DNA of 64,000 nucleotides from Auanema rhodensis. Its lineage: Eukaryota > Animalia > Nematoda. Shown here piece by piece: positions 11,001 to 27,100 of this stretch; positions within the stretch are counted from its first letter, which is position 1; each line of letters begins with the position of its first letter. The notes under the pieces are model-generated. The model had not been told where the DNA came from. It saw only the letters and a list, made by a program, of their open reading frames with translations, and did not search any database. The DNA is taken from contig OZ059894.1 in the NCBI GenBank assembly GCA_964057225.1, forward strand, positions 2,604,001 through 2,668,000, written 5' to 3'. Both the position numbers and the translations under genes were made by a program.

Positions 11001-14000
11001 CTTAAAAATCCGCATCGAATGCACTATACTACATTGAGAAACGCTCAATACAAAAATTAGTTATGATCGTTTGAAAAATGATGCATTAGTGTATGTTGAG
11101 TTTCCATGTACACTGAACATTGCTTCCAAAAACATTTTGACAAAAATTTTTTCGGAAAATTTCAAGATAATTTAGCAAAAAGTAGATGTTTTTAGATTCC
11201 TTTTTTCAAGGCAAAGACGATGGACATTGTTATTCAACGAAAAAATTAATTCTTCAGGGTGAAAATCGAGGATATAAGTGTGAACATATATCAGTTGATA
11301 TCTCGGTGCATTTTTAAGCTAGCGCAAATCTGATAACACAGATCGACGCAGCTTAAAAATCCGCATCGAATGCACTATACTACATTGAGAAACGCTCAAT
11401 ACAAAAATTAGTTATGATCGTTTGAAAAATGATGCATTAGTGTATGTTGAGTTTCCATGTACACTGAACATTGCTTCCAAAAACATTTTGACAAAAATTT
11501 TTTCGGAAAATTTCAAGATAATTTAGCAAAAAGTAGATGTTTTTAGATTTCTTTTTTCAAGGCAAAGACGATGGACATTGTTATTCAACGAAAAAATTAA
11601 TTCTTCAGGGTGAAAATCGAGGATATAAGTGTGAACATATATCAGTTGATATCTCGGTGCATTTTTAAGCTAGCGCAAATCTGATAACACAGATCGACGC
11701 AGCTTAAAAATCCGCATCGAATGCACTATACTACATTGAGAAACGCTCAATACAAAAATTAGTTATGATCGTTTGAAAAATGATGCATTAGTGTATGTTG
11801 AGTTTCCATGTACACTCAACATTGCTTCCAAAAACATTTTGACAAAAATTTTTTCGAAAAATTTCAAAATAATTTAGCAAAAAGTAGATGTTTTTAGATT
11901 TCTTTTTTCAAGGCGAAGACGATGGACATTGTTATTCAACGAAAAAATTAATTCTTCAGGGTGAAAATCGAGGATATAAGTGTGAACATATATCAGTTGA
12001 TATCTCGGTGCATTTTTAAGCTAGCGCAAATCTGATAACACAGATCGACGCAGCTTAAAAATCCGCATCGAATGCACTATACTACATTGAGAAACGCTCA
12101 ATACAAAAATTAGTTATGATCGTTTGAAAAATGATGCATTAGTGTATGTTGAGTTTCCATGTACACTCAACATTGCTTCCAAAAACATTTTGACAAAAAT
12201 TTTTTCGAAAAATTTCAAAATAATTTAGCAAAAAGTAGATGTTTTTAGATTTCTTTTTTCAAGGCAAAGACGATGGACTTTGTTATTCAACGAAAAAATC
12301 AATTCTTCAGGGTGAAAATCGAGGATCTAAGTGTGAACTTATATCAGTTGATATCTCGGTGCATTTTTAAGCTAGCGCAAATCTGATAACACAGATCGAC
12401 GCAGCTTAAAAATCCGCATCGAATGCACTATACTACATTGAGAAACGCTCAATACAAAAATTAGTTATGATCGTTTGAAAAATGATGCATTAGTGTATGT
12501 TGAGTTTCCATGTACACTCAACATTGCTTCCAAAAACATTTTGACAAAAATTTTTTCGAAAAATTTCAAAATATTTTAGCAAGAAGTAGATGTTTTTAGA
12601 TTCCTTTTTTCAAGGCAAAGACGATGGACAATGTTATTCAACGAAAAAATAATTTCTTCAGGGTGAAAATCGAGGATATAAGTGTGAACTTATATCAGTT
12701 GATATCTCGGTGCATTTTCAAGCTAGCGCAAATCTGATAACACAGATCGACGCAGCTTAAAAATCCGCATCAAATGCACTATACTACATTGAGAAACGCT
12801 CAATACAAAAATTAGTTATGATCGTTTGAAAAATGATGAATTAGTGTATGTTGAGTTTCCATGTACACTCAACATTGCTTCCAAAAACATTTTGACAAAA
12901 ATTTTTTCGAGAAATTTCAAAATAATTTAGCAAAAAGTAGATGTTTTTAGATTCCTTTTTTCAAGGCGAAGACGATGGACATTGTTATTCAACGAAAAAA
13001 TTAATTCTTCAGGGTGAAAATCGAGGATATAAGTGTGAACTTATATCAGTTGATATCTCGGTGCATTTTTAAGCTAGCGCAAATCTGATAACACAGATCG
13101 ACGCAGCTTAAAAATCCGCATCGAATGCACTATACTACATTGAGAAACGCTCAATACAAAAATTAGTTATGATCGTTTGAAAAATGATGAATTAGTGTAT
13201 GTTGAGTTTCCATGTACACTCAACATTGCTTCCAAAAACATTTTGACAAAAATTTTTTCGAAAAATTTCAAAATAATTTAGCAAAAAGTAGATGTTTTTA
13301 AATACCTTTTTTTAAGGCAAAGACGATGGACATTGTTATTCAACGAAAAAATTATTTCTTCAGGGTGAAAATCGAGGATATAAGTGTGATTTTATATCAG
13401 TTGATATCTCGGTGCATTTCTAAGCTAGCGCAAATCTGATAACACAGATCGACGCAGCTTAAAAATCCGCATCGAATGCACTATTCTACATTGAGAAACG
13501 CTCAATACAAAAATTAGTTATGATCGTTTGAAAAATGATGCATTAGTGTATGTTGAGTTTCCATGTACACTCAACATTGCTTCCAAAAACATTTTGACAA
13601 AAATTTTTTCGAAAAATTTCAAAATAATTTAGCAAAAAGTAGATGTTTTTAGATTCCTTTTTTTAAGGCAAAGACGATGGACAATGTTATTCAACGAAAA
13701 AATTAATTCTTCAGGGTGAAAATCGAGGATATAAGTGTGAACTTATATCAGTTGATATCTCGGTGCATTTTTAAGCTAGCGCAAATCTGATAACACAGAT
13801 CGATGCAGCTTAAAAATCCGCATCGAATGCACTATACTACATTGAGAAACGCTTAATACAAAAATTAGTTATGATCGTTTGAAAAATGATGCATTAGTTT
13901 ATGTTGAGTTTCCATGTACACTCAACATTGCTTCCAAAAACATTTTGACAAAAATTTTTTCGAAAAATTTCAGAATAATTTAGCAAAAAGTAGATGTTTT

Positions 14001-17000
14001 TAGATTCCTTTTTTCAAGGCAAAGACGATGGACTTTGTTATATAACAAAAAAATTAATTCTTCAGGGTGAAAATCGAGGATATAAGTGTGAACTTATATC
14101 AGTTGATATCTCGGTGCATTTTTAAGCTAGCGCAAATCTGATAACACAGATCGACGCAGCTTAAAAATCCGCATCGAATGCACTATACTACATTGAGAAA
14201 CGCTCAATACAAAAATTAGTTATGATCGTTTGAAAAATGATGAATTAGTGTATGTTGAGTTTCCATGTACACTCAACATTGCTTCCAAAAACATTTTGAC
14301 AAAAATTTTTTCGAAAAATTTCAAAATAATTTAGCAAAAAGTAGATGTTTTTAAATTCCTTTTTTTAAGGCAAAGACGATGGACAATGTTATTCAACGAA
14401 AAAATTAATTCTTCAGGGTGAAAATCGAGGATATAAGTGTGAACTTATATCAGTTGATATCTCGGTGCATTTTTAAGCTAGCGCAAATCTGATAACACAG
14501 ATCGATGCAGCTTAAAAATCCGCATCGAATGCACTATACTACATTGAGAAACGCTTAATACAAAAATTAGTTATGATCGTTTGAAAAATGATGCATTAGT
14601 TTATGTTGAGTTTCCATGTACACTCAACATTGCTTCCAAAAACATTTTGACAAAAATTTTTTCGAAAAATTTCAGAATAATTTAGCAAAAAGTAGATGTT
14701 TTTAGATTCCTTTTTTCAAGGCGAAGACGATGGACATTGTTATTCAACGAAAAAATTAATTCTTCAGGGTGAAAATCGAGGATATAAGTGTGATTTTATA
14801 TCAGTTGATATCTCGGTGCATTTTTAAGCTAGCGCAAATCTGATAACACAGATCGACGCAGCTTAAAAATCCGCATCGAATGCACTATACTACATTGAGA
14901 AACGCTTAATACAAAAATTAGTTATGATCGTTTGAAAAATGATGCATTAGTGTATGTTGAGTTTCCATGTACACTCAACATTGCTTCCAAAAACATTTTG
15001 ACAAAAATTTTTTCGAAAAATTTCAAAATAATTTAGCAAAAAGTAGATGTTTTTAGATTCCTTTTTTCAAGGCGAAGACGATGGACATTGTTATTCAACG
15101 AAAAAATTAATTCTTCAGGGTGAAAATCGAGGATATAAGTGTGAACTTATATCAGTTGATATCTCGGTGCATTTTTAAGCTAGCGCAAATCTGATAACAC
15201 AGATCGACGCAGCTTAAAAATCCGCATCAAATGCACTATACTACATTGAGAAACGCTCAATACAAAAATTAGTTATGATCGTTTGAAAAATGATGAATTA
15301 GTGTATGTTGAGTTTCCATGTACACTCAACATTGCTTCCAAAAACATTTTGACAAAAATTTTTTCGAGAAATTTCAAAATAATTTAGCAAAAAGTAGATG
15401 TTTTTAGATTCCTTTTTTCAAGGCGAAGACGATGGACATTGTTATTCAACGAAAAAATTAATTCTTCAGGGTGAAAATCGAGGATATAAGTGTGAACTTA
15501 TATCAGTTGATATCTCGGTGCATTTTTAAGCTAGCGCAAATCTGATAACACAGATCGACGCAGCTTAAAAATCCGCATCGAATGCACTATACTACATTGA
15601 GAAACGCTAAATACAAAAATTAGTTATGATCGTTTGAAAAATGATGAATTAGTGTATGTTGAGTTTCCATGTACACTCAACATTGCTTCCAAAAACATTT
15701 TGACAAAAATTTTTTCGAAAAATTTCAAAATAATTTAGCAAAAAGTAGATGTTTTTAGATTCCTTTTTTTAAGGCAAAGACGATGGACAATGTTATTCAA
15801 CGAAAAAATTAATTCTTCAGGGTGAAAATCGAGGATATAAGTGTGAACTTATATCAGTTGATATCTCGGTGCATTTTTAAGCTAGCGCAAATCTGATAAC
15901 ACAGATCGATGCAGCTCAAAAATCCGCATCGAATGCACTATACTACATTGAGAAACGCTCAATACAAAAATTAGTTATGATCGTTTGAAAAATGATGCAT
16001 TAGTGTATGTTGAGTTTCCATGTACACTCAACATTGCTTCCAAAAACATTTTGACAAAAATTTTTTCGAAAAATTTCAAAATAATTTAGCAAAAAGTAGA
16101 TGTTTTTAGATTCCTTTTTTCAAGGCGAAGACGATGGACATTGTTATTCAACGAAAAAATTAATTCTTCAGGGTGAAAATCGAGGATATAAGTGTGAACT
16201 TATATCAGTTGATATCTCGGTGCATTTTTAAGCTAGCGCAAATCTGATAACACAGATCGACGCAGCTTACAAATCCGCATCGAATGCACTATACTACATT
16301 GAGAAACGCCTAATACAAAAATTAGTTATGATCGTTTGAAAAATGATGCATTAGTGTATGTTGAGTTTCCATGTACACTCAACATTGCTTCCAAAAACAT
16401 TTTGACAAAAATTTTTTCGAAAAATTTCAAAATAATTTAGCGAAAAGTAGATGTTTTTAGATTCCTTTTTTCAAGGCAAAGACGATGGACATTGTTATTC
16501 AACAAAAAAATTAATTCTTCAGGGTGAAAATCGAGGATATAAGTGTGAACATATATCAGTTGATATCTCGGTGCATTTTTAAGCTAGCGCAAATCTGATA
16601 ACACAGATCGACGCAGCTTACAAATCCGCATCGAATGCACTATACTACATTAAGAAACGCCTAATACAAAAATTAGTTATGATCGTTTGAAAAATGATGC
16701 ATTAGTGTATGTTGAGTTTCCATGTACACTCAACATTGCTTCCAAAAACATTTTGACAAAAATTTTTTCGAAAAATTTCAAAATAATTTAGCAAAAAGTA
16801 GATGTTTTTAGATTCCTTTCTTCAAGGCAAAGACGATGGACATTGTTATTCAACGAAAAAATTAATTCTTCAGGGTGAAAATCGAGGATATAAGTGTGAA
16901 CTTATATCAGTTGATATCTCGGTGCATTTTTAAGCTAGCGCAAATCTGATAACACAGATCGACGCAGCTTAAAAATCCGCATCGAATGCACTATACTACA

Positions 17001-20000
17001 TTGAGAAACGCTTAATACAAAAATTAGTTATGATCGTTTGAAAAATGATGCATTAGTGTATGTTGAGTTTCCATGTACACTCAACATTGCTTCCAAAAAC
17101 ATTTTGACAAAAATTTTTTCGAAAAATTTCAAAATAATTTAGCAAAAAGTAGATGTTTTTAGATACCTTTTTTGAAGGCAAAGACGATGGACATTGTTAT
17201 TCAACGAAAATATTATTTCTTCAGGGTGAAAATCGAGGATATAAGTGTGAACTTATATCAGTTGATAACTCGGTGCATTTTTAAGCTAGCGCAAATCTGA
17301 TAACACAGATCGACGCAGCTTAAAAATCCGCATCGAATGCATTATACTACATTAAGAAACGCTTAATACAAAAATTAGTTATGATCGTTTGAAAAATGAT
17401 GCATTAGTGTATGTTGAGTTTCCATGTACACTCAACATTGCTTCCAAAAACATTTTGACAAAAATTTTTTCGAAAAATTTCAAAATAATTTAGCAAAAAG
17501 TAGATGTTTTTAGATTCCTTTTTTCAAGGCGAAGACGATGGACATTGTTATTCAACGAAAAATCTATTTCTTCAGGGTGAAAATCGAGGATATAAGTGTG
17601 AACTTATATCAGTTGATATCTCGGTGCATTTTTAAGCTAGCGCAAATCTGATAACACAGATCGACGCAGCTTGAAAATCCGCATCGAATGCACTATTCTA
17701 CATTGAGAAACGCTCAATACAAAAATTAGTTATGATCGTTTGAAAAATGATGCATTAGTGTATGTTGAGTTTCCATGTACACTCAACATTGCTTCCAAAA
17801 ACATTTTGACAAAAATTTTTTCGGAAAATTTCAAGATAATTTAGCAACAAGTAGATGTTTTTAGATTCCTTTTTTCAAGGCAAAGACGATGGACATTGTT
17901 ATTCAACGAAAAAATTAATTCTTCAGGGTGAAAATCGAAGATATAAGTGTGAACATATATCAGTTGATATCTCGGTGCATTTTTAAGCTAGCGCAAATCT
18001 GATAACACAGATCGACGCAGCTTACAAATCCGCATCGAATGCACTATACTACATTAAGAAACGCCTAATACAAAAATTAGTTATGATCGTTTGAAAAATG
18101 ATGCATTAGTGTATGTTGAGTTTCCATGTACACTCAACATTGCTTCCAAAAACATTTTGACAAAAATTTTTTCGAAAAATTTCAAAATAATTTAGCAAAA
18201 AGTAGATGTTTTTAGATTCCTTTCTTCAAGGCAAAGACGATGGACATTGTTATTCAACGAAAAAATTAATTCTTCAGGGTGAAAATCGAGGATATAAGTG
18301 TGAACTTATATCAGTTGATATCTCGGTGCATTTTTAAGCTAGCGCAAATCTGATAACACAGATCGACGCAGCTTAAAAATCCGCATCGAATGCACTATAC
18401 TACATTGAGAAACGCTTAATACAAAAATTAGTTATGATCGTTTGAAAAATGATGCATTAGTGTATGTTGAGTTTCCATGTACACTCAACATTGCTTCCAA
18501 AAACATTTTGACAAAAATTTTTTCGAAAAATTTCAAAATAATTTAGCAAAAAGTAGATGTTTTTAGATACCTTTTTTGAAGGCAAAGACGATGGACATTG
18601 TTATTCAACGAAAATATTATTTCTTCAGGGTGAAAATCGAGGATATAAGTGTGAACTTATATCAGTTGATATCTCGGTGCATTTTCAAGCTAGCGCAAAT
18701 CTGATAACACAGATCGACGCAGCTTAAAAATCCGCATCGAATGCACTATTCTACATTGAGAAACGCTCAATACAAAAATTAGTTATGATCGTTTGAAAAA
18801 TGATGCATTAGTGTATGTTGAGTTTCCATGTACACTCAACATTGCTTCCAAAAACATTTTGACAAAAATTTTTTCGGAAAATTTCAAGATAATTTAGCAA
18901 AAAGTAGATGTTTTTAGATTCCTTTTTTCAAGGCAAAGACGATGGACATTGTTATTCAACGAAAAAATTAATTCTTCAGGGTGAAAATCGAGGATATAAG
19001 TGTGAACATATATCAGTTGATATCTCGGTGAATTTTTAAGCTAGCGCAAATCTGATAACACAGATCGACGCAGCTTAAAAATCCGCATCGAATGCACTAT
19101 ACTACATTGAGAAACGCTCAATACAAAAATTAGTTATGATCGTTTGAAAAATGATGCATTAGTGTATGTTGAGTTTCCATGTACACTCAACATTGCTTCC
19201 AAAAACATTTTGACAAAAATTTTTTCGGAAAATTTCAAGATAATTTAGCAAAAAGTAGATGTTTTTAGATTCCTTTTTTCAAGGCAAAGACGATGGACAT
19301 TGTTATTCAACGAAAAAATTAATTCTTCAGGGTGAAAATCGAGGATATAAGTGTGAACATATATCAGTTGATATCTCGGTGAATTTTTAAGCTAGCGCAA
19401 ATCTGATAACACAGATCGACGCAGCTTAAAAATCCGCATCGAATGCACTATACTACATTGAGAAACGCTCAATACAAAAATTAGTTATGATCGTTTGAAA
19501 AATGATGCATTAGTGTATGTTGAGTTTCCATGTACACTCAACATTGCTTCCAAAAACATTTTGACAAAAATTTTTTCGGAAAATTTCAAGATAATTTAGC
19601 AAAAAGTAGATGTTTTTAGATTCCTTTTTTCAAGGCAAAGACGATGGACATTGTTATTCAACGAAAAAATTAATTCTTCAGGGTGAAAATCGAGGATATA
19701 AGTGTGAACATATATCAGTTGATATCTCGGTGCATTTTTAAGCTAGCGCAAATCTGATAACACAGATCGACGCAGCTTAAAAATCCGCATCGAATGCACT
19801 ATACTACATTGAGAAACGCTCAATACAAAAATTAGTTATGATCGTTTGAAAAATGATGCATTAGTGTATGTTGAGTTTCCATGTACACTCAACATTGCTT
19901 CCAAAAACATTTTGACAAAAATTTTTTCGGAAAATTTCAAGATAATTTAGCAAAAAGTAGATGTTTTTAGATTCCTTTTTTCAAGGCAAAGACGATGGAC

Positions 20001-21119
20001 ATTGTTATTCAAAGAAAAAATTAATTCTTCAGGGTGAAAATCGAGGATATAAGTGTGAACATATATCAGTTGATATCTCGGTGCATTTTTAAGCTAGCGC
20101 AAATCTGATAACACAGATCGACGCAGCTTAAAAATCCGCATCGAATGCACTATACTACATTGAGAAACGCTCAATACAAAAATTAGTTATGATCGTTTGA
20201 AAAATGATGCATTAGTGTATGTTGAGTTTCCATGTACACTCAACATTGCTTCCAAAAACATTTTGACAAAAATTTTTTCGGAAAATTTCAAGATAATTTA
20301 GCAAAAAGTAGATGTTTTTAGATTCCTTTTTTCAAGGCAAAGACGATGGACATTGTTATTCAACGAAAAAATTAATTCTTCAGGGTGAAAATCGAGGATA
20401 TAAGTGTGAACATATATCAGTTGATATCTCGGTGCATTTTTAAGCTAGCGCAAATCTGATAACACAGATCGACGCAGCTTAAAAATCCGCATCGAATGCA
20501 CTATACTACATTGAGAAACGCTCAATACAAAAATTAGTTATGATCGTTTGAAAAATGATGCATTAGTGTATGTTGAGTTTCCATGTACACTCAACATTGC
20601 TTCCAAAAACATTTTGACAAAAATTTTTTCGAAAAATTTCAAAATAATTTAGCAAAAAGTAGATGTTTTTAGATTTCTTTTTTCAAGGCGAAGACGATGG
20701 ACATTGTTATTCAACGAAAAAATTAATTCTTCAGGGTGAAAATCGAGGATATAAGTGTGAACATATATCAGTTGATATCTCGGTGCATTTTTAAGCTAGC
20801 GCAAATCTGATAACACAGATCGACGCAGCTTAAAAATCCGCATCGAATGCACTATACTACATTGAGAAACGCTCAATACAAAAATTAGTTATGATCGTTT
20901 GAAAAATGATGCATTAGTGTATGTTGAGTTTCCATGTACACTCAACATTGCTTCCAAAAACATTTTGACAAAAATTTTTTCGAAAAATTTCAAAATAATT
21001 TAGCAAAAAGTAGATGTTTTTAGATTCCTTTTTTCAAGGCAAAGACGATGGACATTGTTATTCAACGAAAAAATTAATTCTTCAGGGTGAAAATCGAGGA
21101 TATAAGTGTGAACATATAT

Positions 21120-24100
21120 CAGTTGATATCTCGGTGCATTTTTAAGCTAGCGCAAATCTGATAACACAGATCGACGCAGCTTAAAAATCCGCATCGAATG
21201 CACTATACTACATTGAGAAACGCTCAATACAAAAATTAGTTATGATCGTTTGAAAAATGATGCATTAGTGTATGTTGAGTTTCCATGTACACTCAACATT
21301 GCTTCCAAAAACATTTTGACAAAAATTTTTTCGAAAAATTTCAAAATAATTTAGCAAAAAGTAGATGTTTTTAGATTTCTTTTTTCAAGGCGAAGACGAT
21401 GGACATTGTTATTCAACGAAAAAATTAATTCTTCAGGGTGAAAATCGAGGATATAAGTGTGAACATATATCAGTTGATATCTCGGTGCATTTTTAAGCTA
21501 GCGCAAATCTGATAACACAGATCGACGCAGCTTAAAAATCCGCATCGAATGCACTATACTACATTGAGAAACGCTCAATACAAAAATTAGTTATGATCGT
21601 TTGAAAAATGATGCATTAGTGTATGTTGAGTTTCCATGTACACTCAACATTGCTTCCAAAAACATTTTGACAAAAATTTTTTCGAAAAATTTCAAAATAA
21701 TTTAGCAAAAAGTAGATGTTTTTAGATTCCTTTTTTCAAGGCAAAGACGATGGACATTGTTATTCAACGAAAAAATTAATTCTTCAGGGTGAAAATCGAG
21801 GATATAAGTGTGAACTTATATCAGTTGATATCTCGGTGCATTTTTAAGCTAGCGCAAATCTGATAACACAGATCGACGCAGCTTAAAAATCCGCATCGAA
21901 TGCACTATACTACATTGAGAAACGCTCAATACAAAAATTAGTTATGATCGTTTGAAAAATGATGCATTAGTGTATGTTGAGTTTCCATGTACACTCAACA
22001 TTGCTTCCAAAAACATTTTGACAAAAATTTTTTCGGAAAATTTCAAGATAATTTAGCAAAAAGTAGATGTTTTTAGATTCCTTTTTTCAAGGCAAAGACG
22101 ATGGACATTGTTATTCAACGAAAAAATTAATTCTTCAGGGTGAAAATCGAGGATATAAGTGTGAACATATATCAGTTGATATCTCGGTGCATTTTTAAGC
22201 TAGCGCAAATCTGATAACACAGATCGACGCAGCTTAAAAATCCGCATCGAATGCACTATACTACATTGAGAAACGCTTAATACAAAAATTAGTTATGATC
22301 GTTTGAAAAATGATGCATTAGTGTATGTTGAGTTTCCATGTACACTCAACATTGCTTCCAAAAACATTTTGACAAAAATTTTTTCGGAAAATTTCAAGAT
22401 AATTTAGCAAAAAGTAGATGTTTTTAGATTCCTTTTTTCAAGGCAAAGACGATGGACATTGTTATTCAACGAAAAAATTAATTCTTCAGGGTGAAAATCG
22501 AGGATATAAGTGTGAACATATATCAGTTGATATCTCGGTGCATTTTTAAGCTAGCGCAAATCTGATAACACAGATCGATGCAGCTTAAAAATCCGCATCG
22601 AATGCACTATACTACATTGAGAAACGCTCAATACAAAAATTAGTTATGATCGTTTGAAAAATGATGCATTAGTGTATGTTGAGTTTCCATGTACACTCAA
22701 CATTGCTTCCAAAAACATTTTGACAAAAATTTTTTCGGAAAATTTCAAGATAATTTAGCAAAAAGTAGATGTTTTTAGATTCCTTTTTTCAAGGCAAAGA
22801 CGATGGACATTGTTATTCAACGAAAAAATTAATTCTTCAGGGTGAAAATCGAGGATATAAGTGTGAACATATATCAGTTGATATCTCGGTGCATTTTTAA
22901 GCTAGCGCAAATCTGATAACACAGATCGACGCAGCTTAAAAATCCGCATCGAATGCACTATACTACATTGAGAAACGCTCAATACAAAAATTAGTTATGA
23001 TCGTTTGAAAAATGATGCATTAGTGTATGTTGAGTTTCCATGTACACTCAACATTGCTTCCAAAAACATTTTGACAAAAATTTTTTCGAAAAATTTCAAG
23101 ATAATTTAGCAAAAAGTAGATGTTTTTAGATTCCTTTTTTCAAGGCAAAGACGATGGACATTGTTATTCAACGAAAAAATTAATTCTTCAGGGTGAAAAT
23201 CGAGGATATAAGTGTGAACATATATCAGTTGATATCTCGGTGCATTTTTAAGCTAGCGCAAATCTGATAACACAGATCGACGCAGCTTAAAAATCCGCAT
23301 CGAATGCACTATACTACATTGAGAAACGCTCAATACAAAAATTAGTTATGATCGTTTGAAAAATGATGCATTAGTGTATGTTGAGTTTCCATGTACACTC
23401 AACATTGCTTCCAAAAACATTTTGACAAAAATTTTTTCGAAAAATTTCAAGATAATTTAGCAAAAAGTAGATGTTTTTAGATTCCTTTTTTCAAGGCAAA
23501 GACGATGGACATTGTTATTCAACGAAAAAATTAATTCTTCAGGGTGAAAATCGAGGATATAAGTGTGAACATATATCAGTTGATATCTCGGTGCATTTTT
23601 AAGCTAGCGCAAATCTGATAACACAGATCGACGCAGCTTAAAAATCCGCATCGAATGCACTATACTACATTGAGAAACGCTCAATACAAAAATTAGTTAT
23701 GATCGTTTGAAAAATGATGCATTAGTGTATGTTGAGTTTCCATGTACACTCAACATTGCTTCCAAAAACATTTTGACAAAAATTTTTTCGAAAAATTTCA
23801 AAATAATTTAGCAAAAAGTAGATGTTTTTAGATTTCTTTTTTCAAGGCGAAGACGATGGACATTGTTATTCAACGAAAAAATTAATTCTTCAGGGTGAAA
23901 ATCGAGGATATAAGTGTGAACATATATCAGTTGATATCTCGGTGCATTTTTAAGCTAGCGCAAATCTGATAACACAGATCGACGCAGCTTAAAAATCCGC
24001 ATCGAATGCACTATACTACATTGAGAAACGCTCAATACAAAAATTAGTTATGATCGTTTGAAAAATGATGCATTAGTGTATGTTGAGTTTCCATGTACAC

Positions 24101-27100
24101 TCAACATTGCTTCCAAAAACATTTTGACAAAAATTTTTTCGAAAAATTTCAAAATAATTTAGCAAAAAGTAGATGTTTTTAGATTCCTTTTTTCAAGGCA
24201 AAGACGATGGACATTGTTATTCAACGAAAAAATTAATTCTTCAGGGTGAAAATCGAGGATATAAGTGTGAACATATATCAGTTGATATCTCGGTGCATTT
24301 TTAAGCTAGCGCAAATCTGATAACACAGATCGACGCAGCTTAAAAATCCGCATCGAATGCACTATACTACATTGAGAAACGCTCAATACAAAAATTAGTT
24401 ATGATCGTTTGAAAAATGATGCATTAGTGTATGTTGAGTTTCCATGTACACTCAACATTGCTTCCAAAAACATTTTGACAAAAATTTTTTCGAAAAATTT
24501 CAAAATAATTTAGCAAAAAGTAGATGTTTTTAGATTTCTTTTTTCAAGGCGAAGACGATGGACATTGTTATTCAACGAAAAAATTAATTCTTCAGGGTGA
24601 AAATCGAGGATATAAGTGTGAACATATATCAGTTGATATCTCGGTGCATTTTTAAGCTAGCGCAAATCTGATAACACAGATCGACGCAGCTTAAAAATCC
24701 GCATCGAATGCACTATACTACATTGAGAAACGCTCAATACAAAAATTAGTTATGATCGTTTGAAAAATGATGCATTAGTGTATGTTGAGTTTCCATGTAC
24801 ACTCAACATTGCTTCCAAAAACATTTTGACAAAAATTTTTTCGAAAAATTTCAAAATAATTTAGCAAAAAGTAGATGTTTTTAGATTCCTTTTTTCAAGG
24901 CAAAGACGATGGACATTGTTATTCAACGAAAAAATTAATTCTTCAGGGTGAAAATCGAGGATATAAGTGTGAACTTATATCAGTTGATATCTCGGTGCAT
25001 TTTTAAGCTAGCGCAAATCTGATAACACAGATCGACGCAGCTTAAAAATCCGCATCGAATGCACTATACTACATTGAGAAACGCTCAATACAAAAATTAG
25101 TTATGATCGTTTGAAAAATGATGCATTAGTGTATGTTGAGTTTCCATGTACACTCAACATTGCTTCCAAAAACATTTTGACAAAAATTTTTTCGAAAAAT
25201 TTCAAAATAATTTAGCAAAAAGTAGATGTTTTTAGATTTCTTTTTTCAAGGCGAAGACGATGGACATTGTTATTCAACGAAAAAATTAATTCTTCAGGGT
25301 GAAAATCGAGGATATAAGTGTGAACATATATCAGTTGATATCTCGGTGCATTTTTAAGCTAGCGCAAATCTGATAACACAGATCGACGCAGCTTAAAAAT
25401 CCGCATCGAATGCACTATACTACATTGAGAAACGCTCAATACAAAAATTAGTTATGATCGTTTGAAAAATGATGCATTAGTGTATGTTGAGTTTCCATGT
25501 ACACTCAACATTGCTTCCAAAAACATTTTGACAAAAATTTTTTCGAAAAATTTCAAAATAATTTAGCAAAAAGTAGATGTTTTTAGATTCCTTTTTTCAA
25601 GGCAAAGACGATGGACATTGTTATTCAACGAAAAAATTAATTCTTCAGGGTGAAAATCGAGGATATAAGTGTGAACTTATATCAGTTGATATCTCGGTGC
25701 ATTTTTAAGCTAGCGCAAATCTGATAACACAGATCGACGCAGCTTAAAAATCCGCATCGAATGCACTATACTACATTGAGAAACGCTCAATACAAAAATT
25801 AGTTATGATCGTTTGAAAAATGATGCATTAGTGTATGTTGAGTTTCCATGTACACTCAACATTGCTTCCAAAAACATTTTGACAAAAATTTTTTCGGAAA
25901 ATTTCAAGATAATTTAGCAAAAAGTAGATGTTTTTAGATTCCTTTTTTCAAGGCAAAGACGATGGACATTGTTATTCAACGAAAAAATTAATTCTTCAGG
26001 GTGAAAATCGAGGATATAAGTGTGAACATATATCAGTTGATATCTCGGTGCATTTTTAAGCTAGCGCAAATCTGATAACACAGATCGACGCAGCTTAAAA
26101 ATCCGCATCGAATGCACTATACTACATTGAGAAACGCTTAATACAAAAATTAGTTATGATCGTTTGAAAAATGATGCATTAGTGTATGTTGAGTTTCCAT
26201 GTACACTCAACATTGCTTCCAAAAACATTTTGACAAAAATTTTTTCGGAAAATTTCAAGATAATTTAGCAAAAAGTAGATGTTTTTAGATTCCTTTTTTC
26301 AAGGCAAAGACGATGGACATTGTTATTCAACGAAAAAATTAATTCTTCAGGGTGAAAATCGAGGATATAAGTGTGAACATATATCAGTTGATATCTCGGT
26401 GCATTTTTAAGCTAGCGCAAATCTGATAACACAGATCGATGCAGCTTAAAAATCCGCATCGAATGCACTATACTACATTGAGAAACGCTCAATACAAAAA
26501 TTAGTTATGATCGTTTGAAAAATGATGCATTAGTGTATGTTGAGTTTCCATGTACACTCAACATTGCTTCCAAAAACATTTTGACAAAAATTTTTTCGGA
26601 AAATTTCAAGATAATTTAGCAAAAAGTAGATGTTTTTAGATTCCTTTTTTCAAGGCAAAGACGATGGACATTGTTATTCAACGAAAAAATTAATTCTTCA
26701 GGGTGAAAATCGAGGATATAAGTGTGAACATATATCAGTTGATATCTCGGTGCATTTTTAAGCTAGCGCAAATCTGATAACACAGATCGACGCAGCTTAA
26801 AAATCCGCATCGAATGCACTATACTACATTGAGAAACGCTCAATACAAAAATTAGTTATGATCGTTTGAAAAATGATGCATTAGTGTATGTTGAGTTTCC
26901 ATGTACACTCAACATTGCTTCCAAAAACATTTTGACAAAAATTTTTTCGAAAAATTTCAAGATAATTTAGCAAAAAGTAGATGTTTTTAGATTCCTTTTT
27001 TCAAGGCAAAGACGATGGACATTGTTATTCAACGAAAAAATTAATTCTTCAGGGTGAAAATCGAGGATATAAGTGTGAACATATATCAGTTGATATCTCG